DNA of 64,000 bases from Nanobdellota archaeon. Lineage in GTDB: Archaea; Nanobdellota; Nanobdellia; Pacearchaeales; GW2011-AR1. A program made the position numbers and the translations under genes. Under the pieces are notes generated by a model, which saw only the letters and a program-made list of their open reading frames with translations, was not told where the DNA came from and searched no databases. The first letter of the stretch is position 1, and every line of letters begins with the position of its first letter. Positions 30,148-39,817 of this stretch are shown in pieces. The stretch covers positions 25,641 to 89,640 of the forward strand of contig JAHIWS010000021.1 in assembly GCA_018815925.1 (NCBI GenBank). Direction: 5' to 3'.

Positions 30148-30315
30148 ATGGTAAGCATAAATAAAAAAAAATGTATAGGATGTGGAACATGTGCTTCTGT
30201 TTGTTCAGAAGTATTTGAAATGAGTGATGATGGAAAAGCAAAAGTCAAAGCCCAAAAAAACACCCCGTGTGTCAAAGAAGCAATTGAGAGCTGTCCTGTA
30301 GATGCTATAAGTTAA
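30148..30315 (+). CDS. Monocluster ferredoxin, 55 aa (not in ORF track)
   Basis: MVSINKKKCIGCGTCASVCSEVFEM...AIESCPVDAIS; CxxCxxC...CP. Confidence 0.93.
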   Translation: MVSINKKKCIGCGTCASVCSEVFEMSDDGKAKVKAQKNTPCVKEAIESCPVDAIS

Positions 30316-30435
30316 TAGAAGTTTACTAAAAAAATAAGTGATTAAAAAAACCACAATACAACTTCTAGTATGTAATCACCACATTTATTTAAAAAAAGCA
30401 TGTTCCTACAAATCCCTTTTAAATTAGTTTTTTAT

Positions 30436-30993
30436 TCAGGACCCTCTTAATATTAAAAAATAATGTTTCTTATGAAAAGGTTCTAAATTTTTAACCAGAA
30501 TAATTTTAAAACATGTTTTTAATTTTTCCATAACTTCCTGTAATGTCTTTTTGGGATTTTGTTGGGATATACTTTGGGTTTTAAGAGAGAAAAATATCCT
30601 GCATTCCTTGCTAACTAACTTAGAAGCGTTTATCAATATTTCAACTTGGTCTCTAGAAGGGATGTCTTGAAATAAAATATTTATCTTTTTGTTAAATAAA
30701 GCTTTAGTTATAAAAACTACATCCCTTGCATCACTAAATATAGGAGCAATATTTTGTCTTTTTTTAGATAATCTTACTAGGTTTATAGCCATTTGAGGAG
30801 AATTTTCAACAGCAAATATAATTCCCTTGGTTAATTTAGATACCCTATTAACTGTTGTTCCTGAAGATGCACCTAAATAAAGAATATTATCTGTTTTATT
30901 TACTGTCAAATCCAAACCTTTTTCAAATGCAGCTTCCCACTTGCTTGTATAAGGATTCCATTCTTCTGTTTTTGATTTACTCCTAGTTTTCAT
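30436..30993 (-). CDS. flpA: Fibrillarin-like rRNA/tRNA 2'-O-methyltransferase lacking the N-terminal domain
   Basis: WNPYTSK, ILYLGASSGTT, FAVE, NIAPIFSDAR, FQDI, LEPFHKKH. Confidence 0.88.
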   Translation of the reverse strand: MKTRSKSKTEEWNPYTSKWEAAFEKGLDLTVNKTDNILYLGASSGTTVNRVSKLTKGIIFAVENSPQMAINLVRLSKKRQNIAPIFSDARDVVFITKALFNKKINILFQDIPSRDQVEILINASKLVSKECRIFFSLKTQSISQQNPKKTLQEVMEKLKTCFKIILVKNLEPFHKKHYFLILRGS

Positions 30994-31000
30994 TATAATT

Positions 31001-31044
31001 TTTGCCCTCAGCCGCTGTCGTAAGGTTTCTCATCATTGGGCAAA
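31001..31044 (-). ncRNA. Box C/D kink-turn RNA (single-guide sRNA or mRNA L7Ae site) between nop5 and fibrillarin
   Basis: UUUGCCC-A-AUGAUGA-(18 nt)-CUGA-GGGCAAA: 7-bp stem, 3-nt bulge, consensus C and D boxes. Confidence 0.85.
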
Positions 31045-31707
31045 CATTTGAAAATAATCTATTCTGATACCTAATATGAGTTTATTTGCAAGTCTTCTTG
31101 AAGTTTTTCCTTTATCTTTCGCATTTTGTATTTTACCTGAATAATAAATTAAACCATATTTTGGAGAAGGCTTCTTTTTTGATATATGTCTAAACATAGC
31201 TCTCTCTGCACCTATCAATTGGATTGTACTAGAAGGCTTTCTATATAAATTTTTAATTCCCCCGACAGAACTTATAATTTTCCCCAACAAATAAGGTTCA
31301 ATTAAAACTGAGGAATTAGGTAAATACTTCTTGACCAATAAACTAAGCATCTCTTTAATCTTTGGTTCTACTTTATTTCTGTCTTTTATTTTACAATTTG
31401 AATCAAGATTATTTATAAAAAACTTTACATAATCAATTTCTTCTTTATCGAGCAATAATCCTTCTCTAGATTTAAAATTTAATTTTTTAAAATGATCATA
31501 AATCTGCTTTGTATCCTTAAAGTCAAAATAAGGATATATAGATAAAAATAATTCTTTTAGCCTACCATAAAAGTTAGGATTTTTATATTTACCCAAATCT
31601 TCAACTATCCTAGTAAAAAAAATTATTATCCTGTCCTTTAGAATATTCTTCTTAATATTTTTTTTTGATTGTTGTATGTTCCATTGGATAATTTGTTTAT
31701 TGTCCAT
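31033..31707 (-). CDS. Short Nop5 (Nop56/58) family protein
   Basis: LPN..L..P.L.GKII..VGG..NL..KPSSTIQLIGAERAMFRH..PSPKYGLIY; directly upstream of fibrillarin. Confidence 0.88.
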   Translation of the reverse strand: MDNKQIIQWNIQQSKKNIKKNILKDRIIIFFTRIVEDLGKYKNPNFYGRLKELFLSIYPYFDFKDTKQIYDHFKKLNFKSREGLLLDKEEIDYVKFFINNLDSNCKIKDRNKVEPKIKEMLSLLVKKYLPNSSVLIEPYLLGKIISSVGGIKNLYRKPSSTIQLIGAERAMFRHISKKKPSPKYGLIYYSGKIQNAKDKGKTSRRLANKLILGIRIDYFQMFAQ

Positions 31708-31765
31708 GTATCTTGATAATAAGAGTATATTTATTATTTTCTATGAACACCAAATATATTTAAAA

Positions 31766-32986
31766 TCAATTTTTTCTTCTAGATTCCACTATGTTTTTAA
31801 GTTTTAAAGATACTATGGAAAAGAATAACATAAAAACTCCAAAAAAGAGAAATAAAAATTTAAAAGGCAAAAACAAAAGAATAATTGCTCCTATGAAAGA
31901 AGTTGCAAGATGATTTAAATCAATAGCTGTATTATATACCCCATAATACTTTTCTCTTTGTTTTTTCTTGATGATGTCAAAAAAATATGCTTCTGATGTT
32001 GATTCAATCATTGCCCCCCCTACACTTGCTAATACTAAAAGAATCATGACTATAATAGGATTAAAAGAAAAAATAAAAGAAAAAATAGCTAAAATTGAAA
32101 GAATCAAATACCCTAAAAAAGAGATTTTTTTAAATCCTTTTTTTCCAGCCAAATTCCCAAAATAATAACTAAAAAATATCAAAGGAGCAACAATCGCAAA
32201 AAGAAACAACCCGACAATAAAAGTGCTAAAACCCATCTCTATTATATAAAGAGGCATAAAAACATAAATAAGCCCCCACCAAAAATTAATTCCCCCACTA
32301 ATAATATAACTAAAAACCCTATCTTTGTTATTAAAAAAATCTTTTGTAAGCTTATATAGGTTTTTGTCCAATCGTTTTGGTTTTTTTGTATCAGAAATTT
32401 TAAAAAACTTAAAAAGAATTAATGATAAAAACATCAAAATAGAGGAAATCAAAAAAACAAAAGAGAACCCATATTTTTCTGAGATAAATCCTGCAAATAA
32501 AGGACCTACAAGCCAGGCCAAATTAAAAAAAGTGTAAACAAATCCCTCATTTTTAGATAATTCTGAATTTTTTGATTTATCACTTATTATTATCCCTATT
32601 GTTGTTACTCTTAAACTCGCTAGTATTGATGTCAAAACTCCTAAAATTATCACTGCATACAATGTAGTAAATATAGTAAACAAAAGATAAGATAAAAAGA
32701 AAAGAAAAGTCGAAAGCACAAACAAACCAGCATTGTTCTTTTTTTCAACAAGAGGAATTAAAACAATATAAGAGATTATCCCTATTATTGTAAAAGCAGT
32801 AATTAAAAAACCAACATAAGAATCATTTCCTAAAAAAGATTTTAAATATACTGACCATACAGTTCTTACTGCTGCTAAACCAAGACCTGAAAAAAATAAT
32901 ATAAATCCTATCTTGCTTATTTGACCAGAAGGCAAAAATCTCCTTTTTATCATTAAAACATAAGGAAAGTTATATTTAAAAAACAA
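31766..32986 (-). CDS. MFS transporter
   Basis: About 12 TM segments; LVGPLFAGFI, GNLAGKKGFKK; start may be the ATG at 32953. Confidence 0.85.
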   Translation of the reverse strand: MFFKYNFPYVLMIKRRFLPSGQISKIGFILFFSGLGLAAVRTVWSVYLKSFLGNDSYVGFLITAFTIIGIISYIVLIPLVEKKNNAGLFVLSTFLFFLSYLLFTIFTTLYAVIILGVLTSILASLRVTTIGIIISDKSKNSELSKNEGFVYTFFNLAWLVGPLFAGFISEKYGFSFVFLISSILMFLSLILFKFFKISDTKKPKRLDKNLYKLTKDFFNNKDRVFSYIISGGINFWWGLIYVFMPLYIIEMGFSTFIVGLFLFAIVAPLIFFSYYFGNLAGKKGFKKISFLGYLILSILAIFSFIFSFNPIIVMILLVLASVGGAMIESTSEAYFFDIIKKKQREKYYGVYNTAIDLNHLATSFIGAIILLFLPFKFLFLFFGVFMLFFSIVSLKLKNIVESRRKN

Positions 32987-33098
32987 TTGTAAGATGCAAA
33001 AATCAAATTAAGAAAAACACTTAAAGACTATTCTTCCACCCAAAAAAAGGTTTTTTTGCAACAAAAACCTTTATTAACTTTCCAAGCTTTTTCCTTTA

Positions 33099-35777
33099 AT
33101 GAATCAAAAAAAAGAGAATATAGATTTTGTAAAATGGTTTTCTGAATTAAATAAAAATTCTGGACCTGTTGCTGGCGGAAAAGGTGCAAATTTATCTGAA
33201 ATCTACAATCTAAAAGTACAAGTTCCCCCAGGATTCGTAATAACAGCCCAAGCTTATGATTATTTTATAAAAAAAGCAAATCTTGATAAAGAGATTAAAG
33301 AACTCATCTCAACAATAAATTATGAAAACACAAAACAATTAGATGAAGTAACAAAAAAAATAAGAGATAAAATTCTCAAAGCCGAAATTCCAAAAGAAAT
33401 GGAAGAGGAAATTCTTGAATCTTATGAAAATTTAGGAGGATCTGAACATGAATCTATTAAAAGAGGACAAGCCCATGATATTCTCAGAACAGCTTCAGAA
33501 CCAATATTTGTAGCAGTTAGAAGTTCTGCTACTACAGAAGATCTTGCAGAAGCTAGTTTTGCAGGACAACAAGATTCTTTTGTAAACATAAAAGGAAATG
33601 ATAATCTTCTTGAGCATATAAAAAAATGTTTTGCTTCATTATTTACCTCTAGAGCAACATACTACAGAAACAAAAAAGGATTTAAAAATGAACAAACAAG
33701 CTTAGCAGTTGTTATTCAGAAAATGGTTGACTCTGATAAATCAGGGGTTATTTTTTCAAAAGATCCTTCATATAAAAATGACAATGTTACAATAGAAGCT
33801 GTTTGGGGCCTTGGAGAAGGGATTGTGTCAGGAAGAATTACTCCAGATAGTTATACTATCTCAAAAGAATTAGAAATCCTAAATAAAACCATAGCAGAAA
33901 AAAAGATTGCAATAACAAGAGATTCTTCAGGAGAGAAATCAATTGTAAAATTAAGAGAAGAAAAATCAAAATATCAAGTTCTAAAAGAACATGAAATAAA
34001 AAAATTAGCAGATATTGCACTAAAATTAGAAGGCCATTATAAAAAACCACAAGATATTGAATTTGCGATTGAAGGAGAAGAAATTTATATTGTTCAAACA
34101 AGACCTATCACAACAATAGGAAAAAAAGCTGAAGGAGAAAAAGAACTCAAAGGAGAACCAATTCTAATAGGATTAGCTGCATCACCTGGAATTGCTTCAG
34201 GAAAAATAATTATTATAAAAGAAGTAAGTGATCTTCAAAAAATAAAACAAGGAGATATATTAGTTACAAAAATGACTAATCCAGATATGGTTGTTGCAAT
34301 GCAAAAATCAGCTGCAATAATTACTGATGAAGGAGGAAGAACAAGTCATGCAGCAATAGTTTCCAGAGAAATGGGAATTCCTGCTGTAGTAGGAACTCAA
34401 GAAGCAACTACAAAACTTAAAGAAAAAGAAATAGTTACAGTAAACGGTTTTACAGGGAAAATTTACAAAGGCAAAATTGCAGAAACAGTCCAAAAAGAAG
34501 TCTTACCTGCAACTGCTAAAACAAAAACAGAAATCAAGGTAATAGTGGATCTTCCAACCTACGCAGAACGTGCAGCTAAAACAAAATTAAAAAAAGTCGG
34601 TCTGGTCAGAATAGAAGGAATCATTGCAGAATCAGAAAAACATCCAGAGTACTTTTTAAAAGAAAACAAAATTAAAGATTATGAAGAAATAATTTATAAA
34701 GGAATTAAAAAAATTTCCCAGTATTTTGAAGAATTATGGATAAGGACATCAGACATAAGAAGTGATGAATTTCAAAATCTTAAGGGGGCTCCTTCAGAAC
34801 CTGAAGCAAATCCAATGTTAGGTTTTCATGGAATAAGATATAGTTTAAAAAAACCAGAAATATTTAAAGCAGAACTCAACGGATTAAAAAAAATAGCAGA
34901 ACAAAATAAAATAATAGGACTTTTATTACCTCAAGTAATATCAGTAGATGAAATTAAAAAAACCAAAGAAATTCTTAAAGAAATAGGATTTGATAATGCT
35001 AAAGTTGGAGTAATGGTTGAAACCCCTGCTGCAGTTCAATTAATAAAAGAAATTTGTGAGGAAGGAATTGCATTTATCTCGTTTGGAACTAATGATTTAA
35101 CCCAGTACATGTTAGCAATTGACAGAGGAAATGAAAAAGTCCAGTACCTATATGATGAAATGCATCCAGCAATATTATATCAAATGGCTTATGTAATTAG
35201 AGTATGCAAAAGATATAATGTTGAAACAAGTATTTGTGGTCAAGCAGGAAGCAATAAAGAAATGGTAAAATTCTTAGTTGAAACAGGTATAAATTCTATT
35301 AGTGTTAATGCAGACAAAGCAGCTGAAATAGCAGAATATGTAGCAGAAATTGAAAAATCCTTAGTAGCTGGAACAGATAAGGAACCAAGAAAATACCAAC
35401 CAGAAGAAAAATCAGAAGCAGAGGAACCTAAACCCCTTCCCCCACAAATAACAAACAAAGAAGACATAGAAGACTCTGAGGTAAGATCAGGTCTAGCACC
35501 TGAATCAAAAGATTCGAACACTAAAGAAGCAGAGCCTCTAGCTAGATCATCTGAAAGCAAAGCTAAAGAAGATATTGATGATGAAGAGGAATCTAAAGAA
35601 GAACAAGAAGTTGAAAATAAAAACCCTCATCTAGAAAAAGATATTCAAGCAATTGAAGCAGAAAAACAAGAATATTTTAAAGAACATCCTGAAGAAAAAG
35701 AATCTGAAACAAGTCCAGATCTAGCATCTGAATCAAAAAATTCAAACACTAAAGAAGAAATTTTGGATATCTTTTAA
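33099..35777 (+). CDS. ppsA: Phosphoenolpyruvate synthase with acidic C-terminal extension
   Basis: GGKGANL, VAVRSSATTEDL.ASFAGQ, QTRPIT, GGRTSHAAIVSRE, NPMLG, SFGTNDLTQY, ICGQA. Confidence 0.96.
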   Translation: MNQKKENIDFVKWFSELNKNSGPVAGGKGANLSEIYNLKVQVPPGFVITAQAYDYFIKKANLDKEIKELISTINYENTKQLDEVTKKIRDKILKAEIPKEMEEEILESYENLGGSEHESIKRGQAHDILRTASEPIFVAVRSSATTEDLAEASFAGQQDSFVNIKGNDNLLEHIKKCFASLFTSRATYYRNKKGFKNEQTSLAVVIQKMVDSDKSGVIFSKDPSYKNDNVTIEAVWGLGEGIVSGRITPDSYTISKELEILNKTIAEKKIAITRDSSGEKSIVKLREEKSKYQVLKEHEIKKLADIALKLEGHYKKPQDIEFAIEGEEIYIVQTRPITTIGKKAEGEKELKGEPILIGLAASPGIASGKIIIIKEVSDLQKIKQGDILVTKMTNPDMVVAMQKSAAIITDEGGRTSHAAIVSREMGIPAVVGTQEATTKLKEKEIVTVNGFTGKIYKGKIAETVQKEVLPATAKTKTEIKVIVDLPTYAERAAKTKLKKVGLVRIEGIIAESEKHPEYFLKENKIKDYEEIIYKGIKKISQYFEELWIRTSDIRSDEFQNLKGAPSEPEANPMLGFHGIRYSLKKPEIFKAELNGLKKIAEQNKIIGLLLPQVISVDEIKKTKEILKEIGFDNAKVGVMVETPAAVQLIKEICEEGIAFISFGTNDLTQYMLAIDRGNEKVQYLYDEMHPAILYQMAYVIRVCKRYNVETSICGQAGSNKEMVKFLVETGINSISVNADKAAEIAEYVAEIEKSLVAGTDKEPRKYQPEEKSEAEEPKPLPPQITNKEDIEDSEVRSGLAPESKDSNTKEAEPLARSSESKAKEDIDDEEESKEEQEVENKNPHLEKDIQAIEAEKQEYFKEHPEEKESETSPDLASESKNSNTKEEILDIF

Positions 35778-35811
35778 TTAAATTTATAAACAACAAACCA
35801 TTCTATAAAAT

Positions 35812-36390
35812 ATGAAAAAAAGAGCTGTGAAAAAAAAGAAATCTAAAAAGAAAAGACCAGTTAAAAAGAAGAAGAAAATAAAAAAATCAAAGTCTGCAAA
35901 AAAAGTTTCAAAACCCACTATAACAAAATCTAGCAGTGATTTTCAAATAGAAAAAATATTAGTCCATAATTTTGTTTCTTTACAAAAAGTAATTGTAAAT
36001 TTATCCACAAAAATAGATAATTTAACCACCAGGATAACAAAACTTCTTGATCTTTTTGAACTTTCAGCAAAAGCACTTGCTGATAAAAATCCACATTTAG
36101 GAAAACCTAAAGAAAATAAAGAGATTATGGAAAAAATAGAGAAATTACTAGATCAAAATAAAACAATTGCTAAAGGAATAACCACAATACATGAAAAATC
36201 TCAAAACCAATCCCTTCCACCGCAACAACAAAAATTTATTGAATCAGAAGAATTAGACCCGGAGTCAGAAGAACCAGAATTTGAAGCAGAACAAATAGAA
36301 CCTGAATCAGAAGAATCAGGATTTGAATCAGATGATTATCAAAAATCAATCTCATCAGAATTTCCTGAATCAGAAGAATTTCAACAATAA
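35812..36390 (+). CDS. Hypothetical protein: Lys-rich N-terminus, coiled coil, acidic C-terminus
   Basis: Amino-acid composition; TATA just upstream. Confidence 0.7.
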   Translation: MKKRAVKKKKSKKKRPVKKKKKIKKSKSAKKVSKPTITKSSSDFQIEKILVHNFVSLQKVIVNLSTKIDNLTTRITKLLDLFELSAKALADKNPHLGKPKENKEIMEKIEKLLDQNKTIAKGITTIHEKSQNQSLPPQQQKFIESEELDPESEEPEFEAEQIEPESEESGFESDDYQKSISSEFPESEEFQQ

Positions 36391-36391
36391 A

Positions 36392-37198
36392 ATGATTCTA
36401 ATAGAACTAAAAAACTCAAAAGAGTTTTCAGAAAATTTTAAAACAGCTTTTCTTTTAGAATTTACAAGAGAATTAATTAAAAACTCTGCAACAAAAGAAA
36501 TAGTAGAACTAGAAAAAACCCTAAAAGAAGAACAAAAAAAAGAAGCAGTAACAGAAAAAAAAACTCAGAAGAAAGAAATAATAAAAAATAAACCAAAAAA
36601 AATAGAAAAAAAACTACCTCCATTAACAAAAAAGAAAATAAATATTTCTAAAAAAATAACCCTTCCGGCCCCAATTATTCCAACAATCCATAAACCACAA
36701 GCACCCCCTATAAAAATTCCAAAATTCAAACCTCTTCCAACAACCCCTAAAATAAGGCCTCCACAACCAAGATTAAAAATTCCAGAAACAAGATTTCCAC
36801 CAAGACTTCAGTACCTCCAACCAATACCAACAAATTTTGAATTAAATCTAGGAAAAATAAATCCTCTAATAAAAGATCCTCTAGTGGAAACAATAGAATG
36901 CAGTGGACAAGGACAAAATTTAGTAGTAACAGGAAAAATGGGAACTAAAAAAACAAAAATAATTTTGACTAAAGAAGAAATTCAGAATATTATCCAAAGA
37001 TTCTCCACAGCTACAAAAATTCCTGTTTCTGAAGGAATTTACAAAGTAGTTAGAGGAAAACTTATTTTATCTTCAATTGTCTCAGAAATTGTGGGTAGTA
37101 AATTCATCATAAAAAAAATAAGATTTTCACAGCCCCAAAGAGGAGTACTTCCTTCACCAAGATTTCCAATGCCTTATCCGGCTCCAAGAAGATTTTAA
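36392..37198 (+). CDS. Pro/Lys-rich protein with a stand-alone secretion-ATPase N-terminal-like domain
   Basis: Likely start MILIELK; LGKINPLIKDPLVETIEC resembles LGKIEFLINDPQLEEIVI of the 11798 ATPase. Confidence 0.6.
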   Translation: MILIELKNSKEFSENFKTAFLLEFTRELIKNSATKEIVELEKTLKEEQKKEAVTEKKTQKKEIIKNKPKKIEKKLPPLTKKKINISKKITLPAPIIPTIHKPQAPPIKIPKFKPLPTTPKIRPPQPRLKIPETRFPPRLQYLQPIPTNFELNLGKINPLIKDPLVETIECSGQGQNLVVTGKMGTKKTKIILTKEEIQNIIQRFSTATKIPVSEGIYKVVRGKLILSSIVSEIVGSKFIIKKIRFSQPQRGVLPSPRFPMPYPAPRRF

Positions 37199-37203
37199 AT
37201 AAA

Positions 37204-37482
37204 ATGCCCTCAAAAATTCCTAAACAAAAACTTACTAAGTATTTCAACTTAACTAGCAAAGCCCTTGAAATTGCAAAAAAATCAATTTCAAAGAAAAAAA
37301 CAAAACAAGCTAAAGAAATAATAGAAATGGTCTCAAACTATCTATCTGATTCAAAACATTTTGAAAAAAAACATGATATTGTAAATGCATTTGCTGCAAT
37401 AAATTATGCTCATGGATGGCTTGATTGCGGAGCACGATTAAAAATTTTCAATGTAAAAGATAATAAACTATTTACTATTTAG
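37204..37482 (+). CDS. DUF357 family protein
   Basis: YLSDSKHF..DIVNAFAAINYAHGWLDCGARL. Confidence 0.85.
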   Translation: MPSKIPKQKLTKYFNLTSKALEIAKKSISKKKTKQAKEIIEMVSNYLSDSKHFEKKHDIVNAFAAINYAHGWLDCGARLKIFNVKDNKLFTI

Positions 37483-37912
37483 TTTTATCTCTAGGATAGG
37501 ATAAAATCTGCCTAAGAACATAATTAATTACACTATGTTTTGCTTTTTTAAAATTATTACTATCAAATTCTGCAGTAAAAATATACTTACCTTCTAACTT
37601 CTCAAATTTCTTATATTTAAGAAAACTTGCATATTTTTTAATATTCTGCCTTAAAGGATCTTTTAATTGATCTTTTTTTAAAGATTGTCTGGTTTCAATC
37701 CAAGAAATACATTTTTCAAGAGAATCAATACTATTAGAAGGAAATATTAAAACTTCTAAATTCTTTTTATCAATATTAAAGGTAAATTTAAAATCAGCTA
37801 AATAAATAGAATTGGGATCATCAAGGTATTTACCTACATATTCTTCTCCTAATCTACAATCTGTTCTAAAATAAGAAACTATTTTTCCAGCAAGAAGTTC
37901 TCCTGAATCCAT
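37475..37912 (-). CDS. Hypothetical protein
   Basis: 145-aa ORF. Confidence 0.55.
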   Translation of the reverse strand: MDSGELLAGKIVSYFRTDCRLGEEYVGKYLDDPNSIYLADFKFTFNIDKKNLEVLIFPSNSIDSLEKCISWIETRQSLKKDQLKDPLRQNIKKYASFLKYKKFEKLEGKYIFTAEFDSNNFKKAKHSVINYVLRQILSYPRDKTK

Positions 37913-38001
37913 ATAAAATCATTAAATCCTCTATTAAAAACCTTTATGGTTCTCAAGTATACATTAAAAAACTATAAAAACACCGCCAACCTTTTCCTAT
38001 T

Positions 38002-38685
38002 ATGAAAAAACAGGTGATAGTTTTAAGCCTAGGGGGAAGTTTAATAATTCCAAATAAAATAGACCTCAAATTCCTTAATAACTTCAAAAAAACAATAAAA
38101 TCTAATTTAAAAAATTATAAATTCATAATTGTATGTGGTGGAGGTTCAATAGCAAGAACCTACATTTCTGCTTTAAAAAATAAACAAAACAAAATTCAAA
38201 GCACAGCTGGAATAGCATCAACAAGAACAAATGCTAAATTTATGTCCTTATTTTTTGATCAAGATCCCTTACATAAAATACCCCAAAAATTAAAAAAAAT
38301 TAAAAAACAAATCAAAAAACAAGAGATTATTTTTTGTGGGGCTTTAGATTTTAAACCAAAACAAACAACAGATTCAAATGCAGCAGAAATTGCTAGTTAT
38401 TTTAAAACAGATTTTATCAACTTAACAAATGTTCTTGGGTTGTATGATAAAAATCCAAAAAAATTCAAAAATGCTAAATTTATTGAAAAAATTACTTGGA
38501 AAAGTTTCTATAAAACAGCAAACAAACTTGGATTTAAACCAGGACAACATTTTGTTTTAGATCAAACATCAGCCAAAATAATTTTAAAAAACAAAATCAA
38601 AACCTATATTCTGGGACAAAATATGAATAACCTCGATAACCTTTTAAAAAACAAAAGTTTTAAAGGAACAATTATTGAAGGGTAA
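38002..38685 (+). CDS. pyrH: Uridylate kinase, archaeal type
   Basis: LSLGGS, VCGGGSIARTYI, TTDS, TNVLGLYDKNP, FKGTII. Confidence 0.92.
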   Translation: MKKQVIVLSLGGSLIIPNKIDLKFLNNFKKTIKSNLKNYKFIIVCGGGSIARTYISALKNKQNKIQSTAGIASTRTNAKFMSLFFDQDPLHKIPQKLKKIKKQIKKQEIIFCGALDFKPKQTTDSNAAEIASYFKTDFINLTNVLGLYDKNPKKFKNAKFIEKITWKSFYKTANKLGFKPGQHFVLDQTSAKIILKNKIKTYILGQNMNNLDNLLKNKSFKGTIIEG

Positions 38686-39189
38686 TCATCTGGTTTTTTG
38701 TTTTTTCTTCCAAAGATAAACTCCAACCAGCCCAATAACTAAAGAAACAATTCCAAGATAATTAGAACCACTATTAGATAAGTTGCCTATAATATTTCCA
38801 GTAAAATTGGAAGATAAAAAAAATATAGATACTAAAAAACCAAAAAAGACCATAATAAGAGAAAGTTTAGATGTTAGCCCTCCTTTTGAGCCTCTTTCTA
38901 TCGCATCTTTCGCCTCTTTTCTAAGTTTTTCTGTATATTTTTTTGAAGATAATTCTCCAACTTCAATAGACCTACCAATAAGTGTGGCTAATCCTTGATG
39001 GTAAGTTTTAAAATTAGTTAATAAAACATCTTCGAAAATTTGGTGTTTTGCAATTTCCATAGGGTCATCGGATTCCCACCAGTGATTATCTCCATATTTT
39101 TGCATGACTTTCATAACTTCTCTTGCTTCTTTAGGAGACATCCCTTTATAATGTTCTTTCATATAGTTTTCATCTACAATCATAGCCAT
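38686..39189 (-). CDS. Hypothetical protein with two C-terminal TMs
   Basis: C-terminal TM-(NFTGNIIG)-TM-KKK. Confidence 0.65.
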   Translation of the reverse strand: MAMIVDENYMKEHYKGMSPKEAREVMKVMQKYGDNHWWESDDPMEIAKHQIFEDVLLTNFKTYHQGLATLIGRSIEVGELSSKKYTEKLRKEAKDAIERGSKGGLTSKLSLIMVFFGFLVSIFFLSSNFTGNIIGNLSNSGSNYLGIVSLVIGLVGVYLWKKKQKTR

Positions 39190-39355
39190 ATAAATATTTT
39201 TTACTTTATAATCTTTTCTTTTTCAAACCCTACTAAGCAACCAAGGAATTATTCATTCATTATCTTTTCTTTATTAATCTATATCTGGTTATTAGAGGTA
39301 GATTATTTACTTTTCAAACAACTAGTTTTAAAAATCCTCCCACCTTAATTCTGCC

Positions 39356-39817
39356 ATGAAGACCACCATCTTAATACAAGAAAAAACATTTGAAGCTACA
39401 AGAAAATCTATGAAAGATAATCAAAACAAAACCATAATCTTTTCAAGTGATGATGACGAACTGAATAGGAAAGTTCTAGAAAAAGAAATTATTCAAATTC
39501 TTTTACTTAACCAAACTAATAGAAAAGACTATTCAAAACAAAGAAATTCAGGATTTAATCAAGTCATGGCAAAAATAGTTAAAAAAAATAAAATTAACCT
39601 TGGAATTAATCTTGATGAGATAATATCTTCTAAACCAAAACAAAAAGCAGAAATTCTTGCAAGAATTAAACAAAATATTAAATTATGCAATAAAAATAAT
39701 CTTCCAATCGTATTTGTAGGAAAAATCCAAAAAGAAATTTATGATTTAAAAGCATTAGGATTAGTATTAGGAATATCCACTAAAATAAGCTCAACTATGA
39801 AATACTTAAATCTGTAG
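39356..39817 (+). CDS. rnp3: Ribonuclease P protein subunit Rpp30-like
   Basis: NRKVLE..ILL..RKD..QRNSGFNQVMAK..NKI.LGIN. Confidence 0.75.
   Translation: MKTTILIQEKTFEATRKSMKDNQNKTIIFSSDDDELNRKVLEKEIIQILLLNQTNRKDYSKQRNSGFNQVMAKIVKKNKINLGINLDEIISSKPKQKAEILARIKQNIKLCNKNNLPIVFVGKIQKEIYDLKALGLVLGISTKISSTMKYLNL

Noticed and set aside
30316..30435. Weak hairpin (GTGATTA/TAATCAC) between the ferredoxin and fibrillarin genes as a second sRNA
   Set aside because: No C/D boxes and only short AT-rich stems; compatible with a convergent terminator region.
33046..33072. Inverted repeat AAAGGTTTTT/AAAAACCTTT upstream of ppsA
   Set aside because: Low complexity and overlapping the BRE/TATA; not distinguishable from chance without comparative data.
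39040..39348. 102-aa plus-strand ORF
   Set aside because: Half overlaps the 38686-39189 gene on the opposite strand and crosses its promoter; no motif.
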